NCBI GenBank assembly: GCA_951406725.2
Contig: OX597843.1
Span: 11,408,001-11,472,000 of the forward strand
Direction: 5' to 3'
Source: Octopus vulgaris
Lineage: Eukaryota
Length of the DNA stretch: 64,000 nt
Shown here: in pieces, positions 12,886 through 25,520 of the stretch
Layout: each line of letters opens with the position of its first letter
Position numbering within the stretch: position 1 is the first letter of the stretch
Position numbers and translations under genes: made by a program
The notes under the pieces: model-generated
What the model saw: the letters and a program-made list of their open reading frames with translations, nothing else
Database searches by the model: none
Told to the model about the DNA's origin: nothing

Positions 12886-13333
12886 TCTTTACTCTTTTAC
12901 TTGTTTCAGTCATTTGACTGCGGCCATGCTGGAGCACCGCCTTTTAATCGAGCAAATCGACCCCGGGACTTATTCTTTTGTAAGCCCAGTACTTATGCTA
13001 TCGGTCTCTTTTTGCCGAACCGCTAAGTAACGGGGACATAAACACACCAGCATTGGTTGTCAAGCAATGCTAGGAGGACAAACACAGACGCATATATATA
13101 TATACTTTGATACTTTGATAGGTTTCGGCCATTATTGGCCCAGGCCATGTCTAACTTAATAGCACCATATATACATATATACGACAGGCTTCTTTCAGTT
13201 TCCGTCTACCAAATCCACTCACAAGGCTTTGGTCGGCCCGAGGCTATAGTAGAAGACACTTGCCCAAGGTGCTACACAGTGGGACTGAACCCGGAACCAT
13301 GTGGTTGGTAAACAAGCTACTTACCACACAGCC
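12886..13333 (-). mobile_element. SINE family B, minus strand
   Basis: Reverse complement of the 9421 element. Other minus-strand copies at about 20228-20644, 23733-24112 and 50180-50579. Confidence 0.9.
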
Positions 13334-13346
13334 AATATATATATAT

Positions 13347-13580
13347 AACCGGGTGTTGTGAGTGTTTATTGAGTGAAAACACCTAAAGCTCCATGAGGCT
13401 CCGGCAGGGGGTGGTGGCGATCCCTGCTGTACTCTTCCGCCACAACTTTCTCTCACTCTTTCGTCTGTTGGCCTGCTCGCTTAGCCAGCGGGGTGGCGTG
13501 ATTTGAAGGCTAAAACAATGCGAAGCGCATTGTGACCAGCGATGTGTAGCAACATCTGATAGCCTGGTCGGTCATGGTGA
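13347..13580. mobile_element. GC-rich unclassified element inserted in (TA)n
   Basis: Flanked on both sides by (TA)n and sits at the truncated head of the adjacent SINE. Confidence 0.5.
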
Positions 13581-14818
13581 TATATATATATATATATATA
13601 TAATAGAATAGACATACATGAGTGGCTGGACAAACGAAAAAAAGGGCACTCAACACGTGTTGGGAGTTACATATATTATTCAAAACGGTTTGATTCAGAT
13701 TCCATGCTACATGAGTCGGTCTATGTGTTATAACTGGTTTATATTAAAGAATAAGGATATTGTGAGTCAGTCGGTATAGTTTTACTGACTCTGACTCCAC
13801 AGCCCTGATGTATAGTCGCCACTGGAAGGGACGCCAGTCTCTCACAGGACGACTCGTTTTTGCCAGCTGAATGGACTGAAGCAATGTGGAACGAAGTGTT
13901 CTGCTTGAAAACACAGTCTTGCCCGGTTCAGGAATTGAAACCACAATCTTACACTCATGAGTCCAATACTGTAACCAAGATATGTGCCGCCACCATGAAC
14001 CCAATTTCAGTCTTTCAAAATTTGGTCCTTTAATCATTCAGTATATTTTTGCTTGTATTGAAAGAAATAATGGAAGAATTTAGATGGGAATTTTCAATAA
14101 ATAATGAAGTTTACACTCAGTTCTTTGATATTCCTGTAACATTGTTTTAATTTTTAATTTTTTTTTAAGTAACTGTATTTCTCAAATAACTCCCTGTGGC
14201 ACGTAAAAAGCACCAGCCGATTGTGGCCGTTGCCAGCCTCGTCTGGCACGTAAAAAGCACCCACTACACTCACGGAGTGGTTGGCGTTAGGAAGGGCATC
14301 CAGCTGTAGAAACACTGCCAGGTCAGACTGGAGACTGGTGCAGCCTCCTGGCTTCCCAGACCCCAGATGCACCGTCCAACCAATGCCAGCATGGAAAGCG
14401 GACGCTAAACGATGATGATGATGAGCCGATTGTGGCCGTTGCCAGCCTCGTCTGGCACATAAAAAGCACCCACTACACTCACAGAGTGGTTGGCGTTAGG
14501 AAGGGCATCCAGCTGTAGAAACACTGCCAGGTCAGACTGGAGCCTGGTGCAGCCTTCTGGCTTCCCAGACCCCAGATGCACCGTCCAACCAATGCCAGCA
14601 TGGAAAGCGGACGTTAAACGATGATGATGATGAATATTTGAAAATTAAGTTTTAATCTTTTGACATTATGGCATTTGATATCTTGAGTTTCCACTATTTT
14701 AAAGTTTGGCCCTATGATCAGCACCTCTTTATATATATATATATATACATACATGCACACGCACACATATTTGTTTAAATGTTATCTCTTTTTGTCACCC
14801 CATTTTTGTGTAATTCAG

Positions 14819-14878
14819 GAGATACATTGCAATATTTCATTAGATCACGTGTGTCCGTGTGAGATTGTGATTGGAAAA
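14819..14878 (+). CDS. Candidate cassette exon, 60 nt EIHCNISLDHVCPCEIVIGK
   Basis: taattcag acceptor, aaa|gtatat donor, phase 0/0. An alternative donor at 14849 gives 30 nt. Confidence 0.3.
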
Positions 14879-15044
14879 GTATATCGGATAATGTCACTGA
14901 TGGGGAAATTCCCAACATTTATTTTTTTACCTCTCTGTTTCAAAATTGCACGACTATCAGATTGGTAGCATTTTTTTCAAACACTAATTAATAATATTGC
15001 GTAGGTGGCATTATTTTCTGGGTTCAAATCCCATTACAGTTAAT

Positions 15045-15966
15045 GCCAGTGCCGCTGGACCGACTCCTGTGCCGGTGGCAAGTAAAAAGCACCATTTGAG
15101 CGTGGCCGTTGCCAGTACCGACCGACTGGCCCTTGTGCCAGTGGCACATAAAAAGCACCATTTGAGCGTGGCCGTTGCCAGTACCGACCGAGTGGCACAT
15201 AAAAAGCACCATTTGAGCGTGGCCGTTGCCAGTACCGCCCGGCTGGCCCTTGTGCCAGTGGCACATAAAAAGCACCATTTGAGCGTGGCCGTTGCCAGTA
15301 CCGTCCGGCTGGCCCTTGTGCCAGTGGCACATAAAAAGCACCATCTGAGCGTGGCCGTTGCCAGTACCGCCCGACTGGCCCTTGTGCCAGTGGCACATAA
15401 AAAGCACCATCTGAGCGTGGCCGTTGCCAGTACCGCCCGACTGGCCCTTGTGCCAGTGGCACATAAAAAGCACCATTTGAGCATGGCCGTTGCCAGTACC
15501 GACCGGCTGGCCCTTGTGCCAGTGGCACATAAAAAGCACCATTTGAGCATGGCCGTTGCCCGTACCGACCGACTGGCCCTTGTGCCAGTGGCACATAAAA
15601 AGCACCATTTGAGCATGGCTGTTGCCAGTACCGACCGGCTGGCCCTTGTGCCAGTGGCACGTAAAAAGCACCATTTGAGCGTGGCCATTGCCAGTACCGA
15701 CCGGCTGGCCCTTGTGCCAGTGGCACGTAAAAAGCACCATTTGAGCGTGGCCGTTGCCAGTACCATCCGGCTGGCCCTTGTGCCAGTGGCACATAAAAAG
15801 CACCCACTACACTCTCTGAGTGATTGACGTTAGGAAGGGCATCCAGCTGTAGAAACTCTGCCAGATCAAGATTGGAGCCTGGTGCAGCCATCTGGTTCGC
15901 CTGTCATCAGTCAAATCGTCTAACCCATGCTAGCATGGAAAGCGGACGTTAAACGATGATGATGAT
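15045..15966 (+). repeat. RTE-type tail with 63-bp minisatellite, about 11 copies
   Basis: aaaaagcaccatttgagcgtggccgttgccagtacc repeated, ending in (TGA)n. Confidence 0.9.
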
Positions 15967-16627
15967 ACCTTTTTTGGAGTGGGGGGGGTCAGTAATAATA
16001 AAGTACCAGTCAAGTACTGAAGTAAACAGTATTGACTTAGCCCCACCCTTCAGAATTGCTGCGTCTTGTATCTGGTGAACTGACAGGCTTGTAAGAGCAT
16101 CAGAGAAAGAACCTTGTATTTCTTCTGGTTTGTGTTACATTATTGATTTCAGTTCCCACCAAAGCCAACATTGTCTTTTGGTCGACTTCACCGTTCACCA
16201 TTTCGGGGGTCAATAAAATCAATACTGATCAAATACTGGAGTCAGTATCATCGATGACTCCCTTCCCAATTGAAATTGTTGGCCTTGTACCAGAATTAGA
16301 ATTAATATGAACACGTAAAGTGTGACGGGTCACAATTGTGGCTGTCAGGCACAGGTCGACAGGCCACAACCATGACCCAAATAGATGTATTTAATTTATG
16401 GGCGTTTGTTGGGGGTTTAATGTCACTCAAATGCTCTGGTACCCACCAGAATGCAAGAGGACTAATAGTCCAACTAGTGACTTTTCAGATGATGTAAAAC
16501 TTGCCTCCATTATATACTAAGAAGATAATTTAACTATTTTTTTGGTTTTTTGTGTGCATGGTAGTCTCATTTTCATAAAATGTGCTCAGCAGTCCATGCT
16601 ATGTGAGTGCATATCCCAGCACTTCAT

Positions 16628-17285
16628 GGGTTAAACCCAGGAAGACATGGGATGAGATGGTGAAGCATGATCATCGAACTTTAGGCCTCAGAGCGGCAAC
16701 GACTAGTGACCATGACCTTTGGCGATATGTTGTGCTCGACCACCGAAGTTGACTTTGCCTGTCATCCTTTCAAGGTTGATAAATTAAGTACCAGTTGCGT
16801 AGTGGGGTCAATCTAATCAACTGGCCCCCTCCCCCAAAATTTCGAGCCTTGAGTAAGAATATGTTGTGCTTGAGAAAACCCGACAAGCCTTGTTAAATCG
16901 GTCATGGCTGATGCTGGTGGCACATAACTGGCACCGATACCGGTGGCACATAAAAAGCACCTTTCGAGCATTGGGCCTCACAGAGACAAAGTGACTGATG
17001 CCAGTGGCACTTGAAAAGCTCCTTTTGAGTGTTGGGCCTCACGAAGGCAATGACCAAGGCCTTTGGCATTATGTCGTGCTTGAGAAGAAGACCCATCAAG
17101 CCAAGTGAAGTCACAGCTGTGGCAGATATTGGTGTCACACAAATGGCACATAAAGGCACCCATTACACTCTCAGATTGGTTGGTGTTAGGAAGGGCAAAT
17201 CAGACGGGAGTCCGGTGCAGCCTCCCAGCTTACCAGCCCTGGTCAAACCGTCCAACCTATGCCAGCATGGACAACTGATGATGAA
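16628..17285 (+). mobile_element. 5'-truncated RTE-clade LINE remnant interrupted by a SINE fragment
   Basis: Translates PRKTWDEMVKHDHRTLGL...SDHDLWRYVVL, a typical RTE ORF C-terminus. The insertion is flanked by atatgttgtgct at 16725-16736 and 16859-16870. Confidence 0.75.
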
Positions 17286-17344
17286 TGCAGAATCTTTAGC
17301 TTGTCGGACAAAATGCTTAGCGGCATTTCTTACAGCTTCTGTCA

Positions 17345-17800
17345 TTCGGCCTTTTGGGGGTCAAGAAAATAACGTCCTAGTTTTGAAGGATGCAGTGCTC
17401 CAACAACTAACAACTGATGCCGGCAGTTTGTTCCATGCTTCAGCAACTCTCAGCGTGAAAAAATGTTTCCTGAAGTCATGGGAGCTGTGCTGTTTTCTGA
17501 CTTTGTAAATATGTCCACGGGTGTTAGATGGGTGGAGTTTGAAAAGGTGCTCAGAGTTATTGTTTGTACGATGGTTGATAATTTTATGGGTGTCTGCCAA
17601 GTCAGCTGCCAGACGTCGGAGTTTCAATGTGTCCATGCCCAGGGAAGTAAGGCGCTCAGAATATGGCAAATGCCTGATGGAGGCTATTCTTTTGGTTGCA
17701 CGTCGCTGAACGGCTTCCAGACGATTGATATCCTGGGCAAGATCGGGGTTCCCGACCGGTGATGCAAATTCCAGGTGAGGTCTTACCATAGCTATATATG
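17345..17800 (-). mobile_element. CR1/L2-clade LINE ORF2 C-terminal fragment
   Basis: VRPHLEFASPV..P...LEAVQRRATKRI...YSERL..L...TL..RRL..DL...TRGH..K motifs. Confidence 0.9.
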
Positions 17801-19024
17801 TTCCAACCAACCAGATCCAGCGTCTCACACCTTCCATACAATGTCATTCTAAATATAAACAACCACTTCCTGAAAATCTCAATGTTACAAGACAATACCT
17901 GATTAACTGAAAGCAATGGGAGTAAATAAGGATTACATTTGACAGGGTTTACCTGAATGTTGAAGGGTAAAAGGTCCAGTAATGATTAGCTTTGAAATGG
18001 AAGTTTAAACACACTTCTTAGCATTTTAAGCTGGCCTCATCCGGCCCAAATATTCAGCTTGTTTTGCATTTAAACTGACCACTTCCAGCCTCTGACACCA
18101 AATTCAAAGCCATTTGAATAAATAAGCTTAACATTTGCCAGCATGAGCTGATTGCTGAAGGGTTAAATACTTAATTCTGAAATGGAGTGTTTGAATACAC
18201 GTAGGAGTGACTGTGTGGTAAGTAGCTTGCTAACCAACCACATGGTTCCGGGTTCAGTCCCACTGCGTGGCATCTTGGGCAACTGTTTTCTGCTATAGCC
18301 CCGGGCCGACCAATGCCTTGTGAGTTGATTTGGTAGAAGGAAACTGAAAGAAGCCTGTCATATATATGTATATGTGTGTTTGTGTGTCTGTGTTTGTCCT
18401 CCCAACATCGCTTGACAACCGATGCCGGTGTGTTTACGTCCCCGTCACTTAGCGGTTCGGCAAAAGAGACCGATAGAATAAGTACTGGGCTTACAAAGAA
18501 TAAGTCCCGGGGTCGATTTGCGCGACTAAAGGCGGTGCTCCAGCATGGCCGCAGTCAAATGACTGAAACAAGTAAAAGAGTAGGCATTTAGAGGCTTGCA
18601 ATGGCAGCTGAAACACTTATCAAATATTTGAACAGAAGTAATATAACCCCTTAGTTGGATACAAATAGATCAGCGAAATTCTAGCTTTGTAATAACACCA
18701 AGTATTTTAATTTAATTTTTTGGCTCAAAAAGCAAAAGCAAGGCCATGTAGGGGGACATGGAGTTATGTACAGGGAGGGTGTTCATACAAAGAGTTCAGG
18801 CCATTTCTGGCCAAGAGAGACTTTGAACCGATCGGTCGTCGGCATCTTCACTAACTCTTAAATGCCTAGACCACAACAACTTACTGAGTCCTGAACCATA
18901 CATAACCACATTTCAAATAGTGTTGTTTAAGGGTGATAAACTGGAACTAAGAATTCTTCTCGATGAGAAATAAAGTTTAGCTTCGTTTTAGGGGTTTTGG
19001 GGGTCTTTTTTTTTTCCTCCAAAG

Positions 19025-19045
19025 GACTTTCTGTTTGTTTATTCA
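19025..19045 (+). CDS. Candidate microexon, 21 nt DFLFVYS
   Basis: Poly-T/cctccaaag acceptor, tca|gtaaac donor. A stronger gtgagt donor lies at 19101. Confidence 0.3.
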
Positions 19046-19244
19046 GTAAACTTGGATTGTTCTCTTGTCTCCATTTCTGAGCACCGTATCGGGTATAACC
19101 GTGAGTGGGGAGTTAGGATTTGGTGATATTATGATGGTGCATGCCTGGCTGTATGGTTGAGAATCTTGCTTTCCAGTCTCACCTCAGGGGCCCAAAGAAA
19201 GCCTTGTGAGTGGATTTGGTGAGACTGGAATTGAAAGAAACCTT

Positions 19245-19733
19245 TTGTGTGTGTGTTTGTGTATATATATATATATGTATGTGTATATATCTATATGTAT
19301 GTGTGTGTATATATCTATATATGTGTGTGTATATATCTATATATGTGTGTGTATATATCTATATATGTGTGTGTGTATATCTATATATGTGTGTGTGTAT
19401 ATCTATATATGTGTGTATATCTATATATGTGTGTGTGTATATCTATATATGTGTGTGTGTGTGTATATATCTATATGTGTATGTATATATCTATATGTGT
19501 ATATATATATCTATATATGTGTGTGTGTGTGTATATATCTATATGTGTGTGTGTGTGTGTATATATATATGTGTGTGTATATCTATATATGTGTGTGTGT
19601 GTGTATCTATATGTGTGTGTGTGTATCTATGTGTGTGTGTGCATATATCTATATGTGTATGTGTGTGTGTATATATGTATATCTCTGTGTGTGTATGTGT
19701 GTGTGTATATATGTATATCTGTGTGTGTGTGTA

Positions 19734-19782
<49 letters not shown>

Positions 19783-19790
19783 ATATAGTA
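19245..19790. repeat. Compound (TG)n/(TA)n/TATC microsatellite
   Basis: Direct inspection, inside a decayed family B SINE. Confidence 0.95.
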
Positions 19791-21283
19791 GAAATAATTG
19801 ATACTGAAGTTAGTGCATACTGTAAAGTTTCCTGTATACTCAACATGCACCGAGGAATTCCTGAAGTAGATCCAGTGACAACTGTGTGTTAAATGTGGAT
19901 GACACCAGATAGCTGTAAGAGGCGAATGTGCTCTGCCAGCACACCACTAGGGACACACCCATAATACAGTTGAGATGCTAAACTTTTAAATTTCAACTCT
20001 AAACTTTAATTATGCCTTATATACACCCGTGACGTCACACAATGGTTGTAAGCAACCACCCGTATCATACAAGTATGTTGTTTATGAAAACATGTCTGGC
20101 TATATTGAAAAGTTAGCTTACTTGGAAACTGGCAAGGGCTGGTGACAGGAAGGACATTCGGTCATAGAAAATCTACCCCCTACGAATTTTGTCTGGTCTA
20201 TTCAAGCATTGGAAAGTGGGCTCTCTTTTTTTTCTCTTTTTCTCTTTTTACTTGTTTCAGCCATTTGACTGCGGCCATGCTGGAGCACCGCCTTTAGTCG
20301 AGCAACTCGACCCCGGGACTTATTCTTTGTAAGCCCAGTACTTATTCTATCGGTCTCTGTTGCCGAACCGCTAAGTGACGGGGACGTAAACACACCAGCA
20401 TCAGTTGTCAAGCAATGCTAGGGGAACAAACACAGACACACAAACATATTCACACACACTTATATATATATACATATATACGACGGGCTTCTTTCAGTTT
20501 CCGTCTACCAAATCTACTCACAAGGCTTTCGTTGGCCCGGGGCTATAGCAGAAGACACTTGCCCAAGATGCCACGCAGTGGGACTGAACCCGGAACCATG
20601 TGGTTGGTTAGCAAGCTACTTACCAAACAGCCACTCCTGCGCCTATATACGATAACGATAAGGATTTAACCGTTTTGTTGGAATATTTCTGTTGAAATTC
20701 ACTGACTTTGTTCAATTAATTTTGGAAAATAGTGAAGAATTTATTAAAATAAGTTTATCATTATTTATCTGGTGTTTGGGACACAAATTAAAAATTAACA
20801 CAAAACTTTTGATGGGATTTTTTTTTAAAATCATTTTGAAACAGGAAATTTGTATCTTAGAACCAGAGAGATGGTCATGGTGGGATGGTATCAAAAATGT
20901 TAATTAGTGGATACCAGCCTCTCTTCTCCATGCCATCAATGTTATCCAAGGGAAAGGCAAAGGGGCCGATACAGCTTGGCACCAGTGACGTCAACTCATT
21001 TCTACAGCTGAGTGGACTGGAGCAACGTGAAATAAAATGTCTTGCTCAAGAACACAACTCACAGCTCAGTCCAGGATTTGAACACACTACCTCATAATTG
21101 TGAGCTCAATGCTCTAACCACTGAGCCACATACCTTCACAATGACAAAATTACTTAACTAAATTCTTTGTTATTTTTTAAATTAGTGTCTGCAAGGTGGG
21201 GGCAATTACTATATGTTTGTAAGGAGGTGGGGGTGTTACTGGGGTATCTAAATTGAGGAGGTGCTGCTGCTGTTTGTGTAAGG

Positions 21284-21490
21284 CAGTGGTTTTCAACCAG
21301 GGTCCCACTGAACCTTAGGGTTCCGCCAATACAGTCCAGGGGTTCTGCAAGAAGTTACAAAACTGCTAAAATCGACAGTAGTTTTTAATTCTCCCGTGCA
21401 GATATTTGTGCATAAGACTACTAAATTATTGCACAGGGGTTCCTCGAGCCAGTGGAATGTTTCCTTAGGGTTCCGCTCCAGCAAAAAGGA
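21284..21490. mobile_element. hAT-like MITE fragment
   Basis: cagtggttttcaacc terminus and gggttcc subterminal repeats. Confidence 0.6.
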
Positions 21491-21795
21491 GAAAGAGGTC
21501 GTCTAGAGGAGAACATGCTCCTGTACCATGTTTGTGTAAGGTGGGGAGGTACCCCTTAATGTATTTGTAAGGGGTGTAGAAGTACCATCCTAGTTAGGAG
21601 TAGGGGAGGGTATTACTGTTGTCTGTAAGGAGGTTAAGGTGCTACTCTGTGTGAAAGGAGGCTGGTTTTGTGGGGAGATCGTTTTAGGGCAGATATCACT
21701 CTAGTGTTTGTCTGAGGCAGTGGGGAGTAATTACCAATATTCTCTCTCTAACCTTCGTTAGTTAGCAATTCTTAAAATCATTAACAGAACTGATT

Positions 21796-22215
21796 AGGCG
21801 GTGAGCTGGCAGAAACGTTAGCACGCCGAGCGAAATGCGTAGCCGTATTTCGTCTGCCGCTACGTTCTGAGTTCAAATTCTGCTGAGGTCTACTTTGCCT
21901 TTCATCCTTTTGGGGTTGATAAATTAAGTACCGGTTACGCACTGGGGTCGATATAATCGACTTAATCCGTTTGTCTGTCCTTGTTTGTCCTCTCTGTGTT
22001 TAGCCCCTTGTGGGTAGTAAAGAAATAGGTATTTCGTCTGCCGCTACGTTCTGAGTTCAAATTCTGCTGACGTCGACTTTGCCTTTCATCCTTTCGGGGT
22101 CGATAAATTAAGTACCGGTTACACACTGGGGTCGCTATAATCGACTTAATCCGTTTGTCTGTCCTTGTTTGTCCTCTCTGTGTTTAGCCCCTTGTGGGTA
22201 GTAAAGAAATACGTA
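21796..22215 (+). mobile_element. SINE family A dimer flanked by a 112-bp direct repeat
   Basis: 21684-21795 reads identical to 22216-22327. Confidence 0.9.
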
Positions 22216-22715
22216 TTAGGGCAGATATCACTCTAGTGTTTGTCTGAGGCAGTGGGGAGTAATTACCAATATTCTCTCTCTAACCTTCGTTAGTTAGCAA
22301 TTCTTAAAATCATTAACAGAACTGATTGCCACTAACTAGAAATAGCAAGAACTTCACCATAGATATATTTAAAAAACATAGAATATATATTTCATGTGTA
22401 TGGAGTCTTTGTATCTTTTCATATTCCTTGATTTCAATTTCATATTCCTTAATTGAGGAGATCGTTATCTCCCATCAAATTAGCAGCCAACCAGAGGGTG
22501 TTACGCATGCGTTAATAGACTGGCTTTACTAAAACATATTTCATGCATGCTTCATTACATTTTTATTATTTTTTAATTTTTAATTTTTATTTTGCTTATG
22601 AATTTTTTTTACTGTTAAAAAATTGTTTGCTTTGTTTTTGTTTTTTGTTTTTTTTTTTTATTTCTATTGTTTGGTTTTTAGTTTGTTTTGTCTGTGCTTT
22701 GTCTGTCTCGAGTAG

Positions 22716-22754
22716 CAACAGGGTGGGAGATGTAAAGTTGCCAACGAAAATATG
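22716..22754 (+). CDS. Candidate microexon, 39 nt QQGGRCKVANENM
   Basis: Long U-rich tract upstream, tag acceptor, atg|gtatac donor, phase 0/0, TGCATG at 22787. Confidence 0.5.
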
Positions 22755-24314
22755 GTATACAATCTTTTTTTTTTTTTCTTTGGATTTGCATGTTTAGCAA
22801 AGTGACTTGATCTGAGACCGTTGTGTTCAAACCAAAACAGTTCCTATCATACAAGAGTCATTCTAACCATCTAGAAACATACAAAAATTAATTTTAAGAA
22901 TTTTTTTTTTTTTTTTGGTGAGATTTTAGCATTTTCATAACACCACTGCGTCCTTTTTGACGTAAACCAAGCATGGCTGTGTGGTTAGGAAGTTGGCTTC
23001 ACAACCACATGGGCTCAGGGGTTCAGTCCTTCTGCCTTGCATCTTGGGTGAGTGTCTTCTATGGCATACAGCTGACCAATGCCATTTGAGTCAAACTGGT
23101 ACAAGGGAATTATGGAAGCCTATTGTGTGTTTGTGTTCTGTAACTTAATGGTTTGACTAAGAAATTGTTGAATGCCATATTTCATTGAGGGTCAGAGGGT
23201 GGTCTTAAGGTGATGCTCCAGCATGGCTGTAACATCTTGGAAATGTGTGTGTAGGGCATCAGAATTGGCTGGGGACTTAATATCAATCTCACCATACTTT
23301 AAAGCAACTCTTAGCTTTTGTTGGCAGTATACTGTATATTTATATACACACACATCTATCTATTTATATAGGTAAGATTCAGTTGAATTAGGTACTTAAA
23401 TTGAAGCACCTCGTTATGTAAGTATTGAACTTGGTACATAGGTAACAGCCTAATATTCCTGCATTGTATATAGACAATTAGACCCAGCTGAGTAAAGAAA
23501 TCCACTCCTGAGCTATTTCAGACATGTAGATTATATTAAACACACGGTCCATAATATTTACAAAGGGCAGATTCTGAGACAGGTGAATAAAATATGAATA
23601 ACAGTAGAGGTACAGGTGTGAATCCATTACAGCTGTTTCTAACGACTCCTTTAATTGATTAATGAAAACATTATATTGTTATAAAGAGACCGTTTTCCTC
23701 AGATGAATTCCTGAACTCCAAAACAAAGGACACTCTTTTACTTGTTTCAGTCATTTGACTGCGGCCATGCTGGAGCACCGCCTTTTAATCGAGCAAATCG
23801 ACCCCGGGACTTATTCTTTGTAAACCCAGTACTTATTCTATCGGTCTCTTTTGCCGAACCGCTAAGTGACGGGGACGTAAACACACCAGCATCGGTTGTC
23901 AAGCAATGCTAGGGAGACAAACACAGTCACACACACACACATATATATATATACGACGGGCTTCTTTCAGTTTCCGTCTACCAAATCCACTCACAAGGCA
24001 TTGGTCGGCCCGAGGCTATGGTAGAAGACACTTACCCAAGATGCCACGCAGTGGGACTGAACCCGGAACCATGTGGTTGGTAAGCAAGCTACTTACCACA
24101 CAGCCACTCCTGTGTTCAAAATGATTTAACATAGTTTAAATCCACAAAGCAAAAACATCTTCAGTGATTCTGCTTCTGTTGCTGTCGGCTGAAATATGGA
24201 TTTTAAACTACATTAAATCATTTTGAATGCCCTTAATTTTAAAGTTCATGAATTCATATGAGGGAAACGGTTCCTTTATAATGATGTAATGTTTTCATTA
24301 ATCTATTAAAGGAG

Positions 24315-24778
24315 TCGTTACCACATTTATTTTGAGATGCTCTGTGTTTCTTTCAATTAATTTTAAATATAACAAAGAATTTAGTAAAATAACTTAGTTA
24401 TCATTAAGCTAGTGTTAGGGAACATAAATTGTGACTAAGGTTTGGTGGAAGATTTTAATTCAAAACTTAAGAAAACAAGAGATTTGTACTACAGAGCCAG
24501 AGGCGTTTTCAGCCAGGTTGGTAACGAAAGGGTTAAAAATATCATGGTGACTTTAACCCTTTTGTTACCATATTTCTGTTGAGATGCTCTGTGTTTCTCT
24601 CAATTAATTTTAAATATAACAAAGAATTTAGTAAAATAACTTAGTTATTAAGTTAGTGTTAGGAACATAAACCGTGACTAAGGTTTGGTGAAAGATTTTA
24701 ATTCAAAACTTATGAAAACAAGACATTTGTGCCCAGAGCCAGTGGCGGTTTTAGCCGGGTTGGTATTGAAAGGGTTAA
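24315..24778. mobile_element. TTAA MITE family 2, two tandem units
   Basis: ttaacccttt.gttacc...ggtaacgaaagggttaa. Same family in opposite orientation at 45735-46209 and 63247-64000. Confidence 0.8.
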
Positions 24779-25484
24779 AGGAGTCGTTAGAAACAGCCAT
24801 AACAGATTGACACCTGTACTTATGAGTGGACTTGGTAGATGGAAACTGAAAGAAGCCCATCGTATATGTGTGTGTGTGACCCTGTAACTTAATGGTTTGT
24901 GACAAGAGACCAATAGAATAAGTACCAGGCTTTGAAAGAACAAGTATTGGGGTCAATCTCTTTGGTTGAAATCCTTTAAGGCATTTCCTCATATGCTCAC
25001 AGTCTAACAATAACTGAAACGGGTAAAAGAATGGGTGTGTGTATTATGTATGTGAAGGTGCATGGCTTTGTGGTTAGGGCATTTGGCTCATAATTGTATG
25101 GTCATGAGTTCAATTCCCGGCAACGTGTTGTGTCCTTGAGCAAGACACTTTATTTCACGTTGCTCCAGTCTACACAGCTGGCAAAAATGAGTAATACCTG
25201 AATTTGAAAGGGCCAGCCTTGTGACATTATGTCACGTTGAATCTCCCTGAGAACTACATTAGGGTCCACATGTCTGTGGAGGGCTCAGCCACCTGCACGT
25301 TAATTTCACGAGCAAGGTGTTCCATTGATCGGATCAGCTGGGACCCTTGTTGTCATAACCGATGGAGTGCTCCTATATATTATATTATGTATGTGTGCAA
25401 GTACGCATGTGTGTGTGTGTGCACTTTTCAGAATCATCTTTTTATATCAAGGAAGTTGATTTTTTTTTTTTTTTTTTTTTCAAG

Positions 25485-25520
25485 TCCCTTCTTGAAAGGG
25501 GTCGGCATGATTTTGTTCAG
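25485..25520 (+). CDS. Candidate microexon, 36 nt SLLERGRHDFVQ
   Basis: T21-caag acceptor, cag|gtttgt donor, phase 0/0, no stop. Confidence 0.5.

Noticed and set aside
14997-15891. 250-280-aa repetitive ORFs on both strands
   Set aside because: Stop-free 63-bp minisatellite in a retroposon tail, with no domain or splice support.
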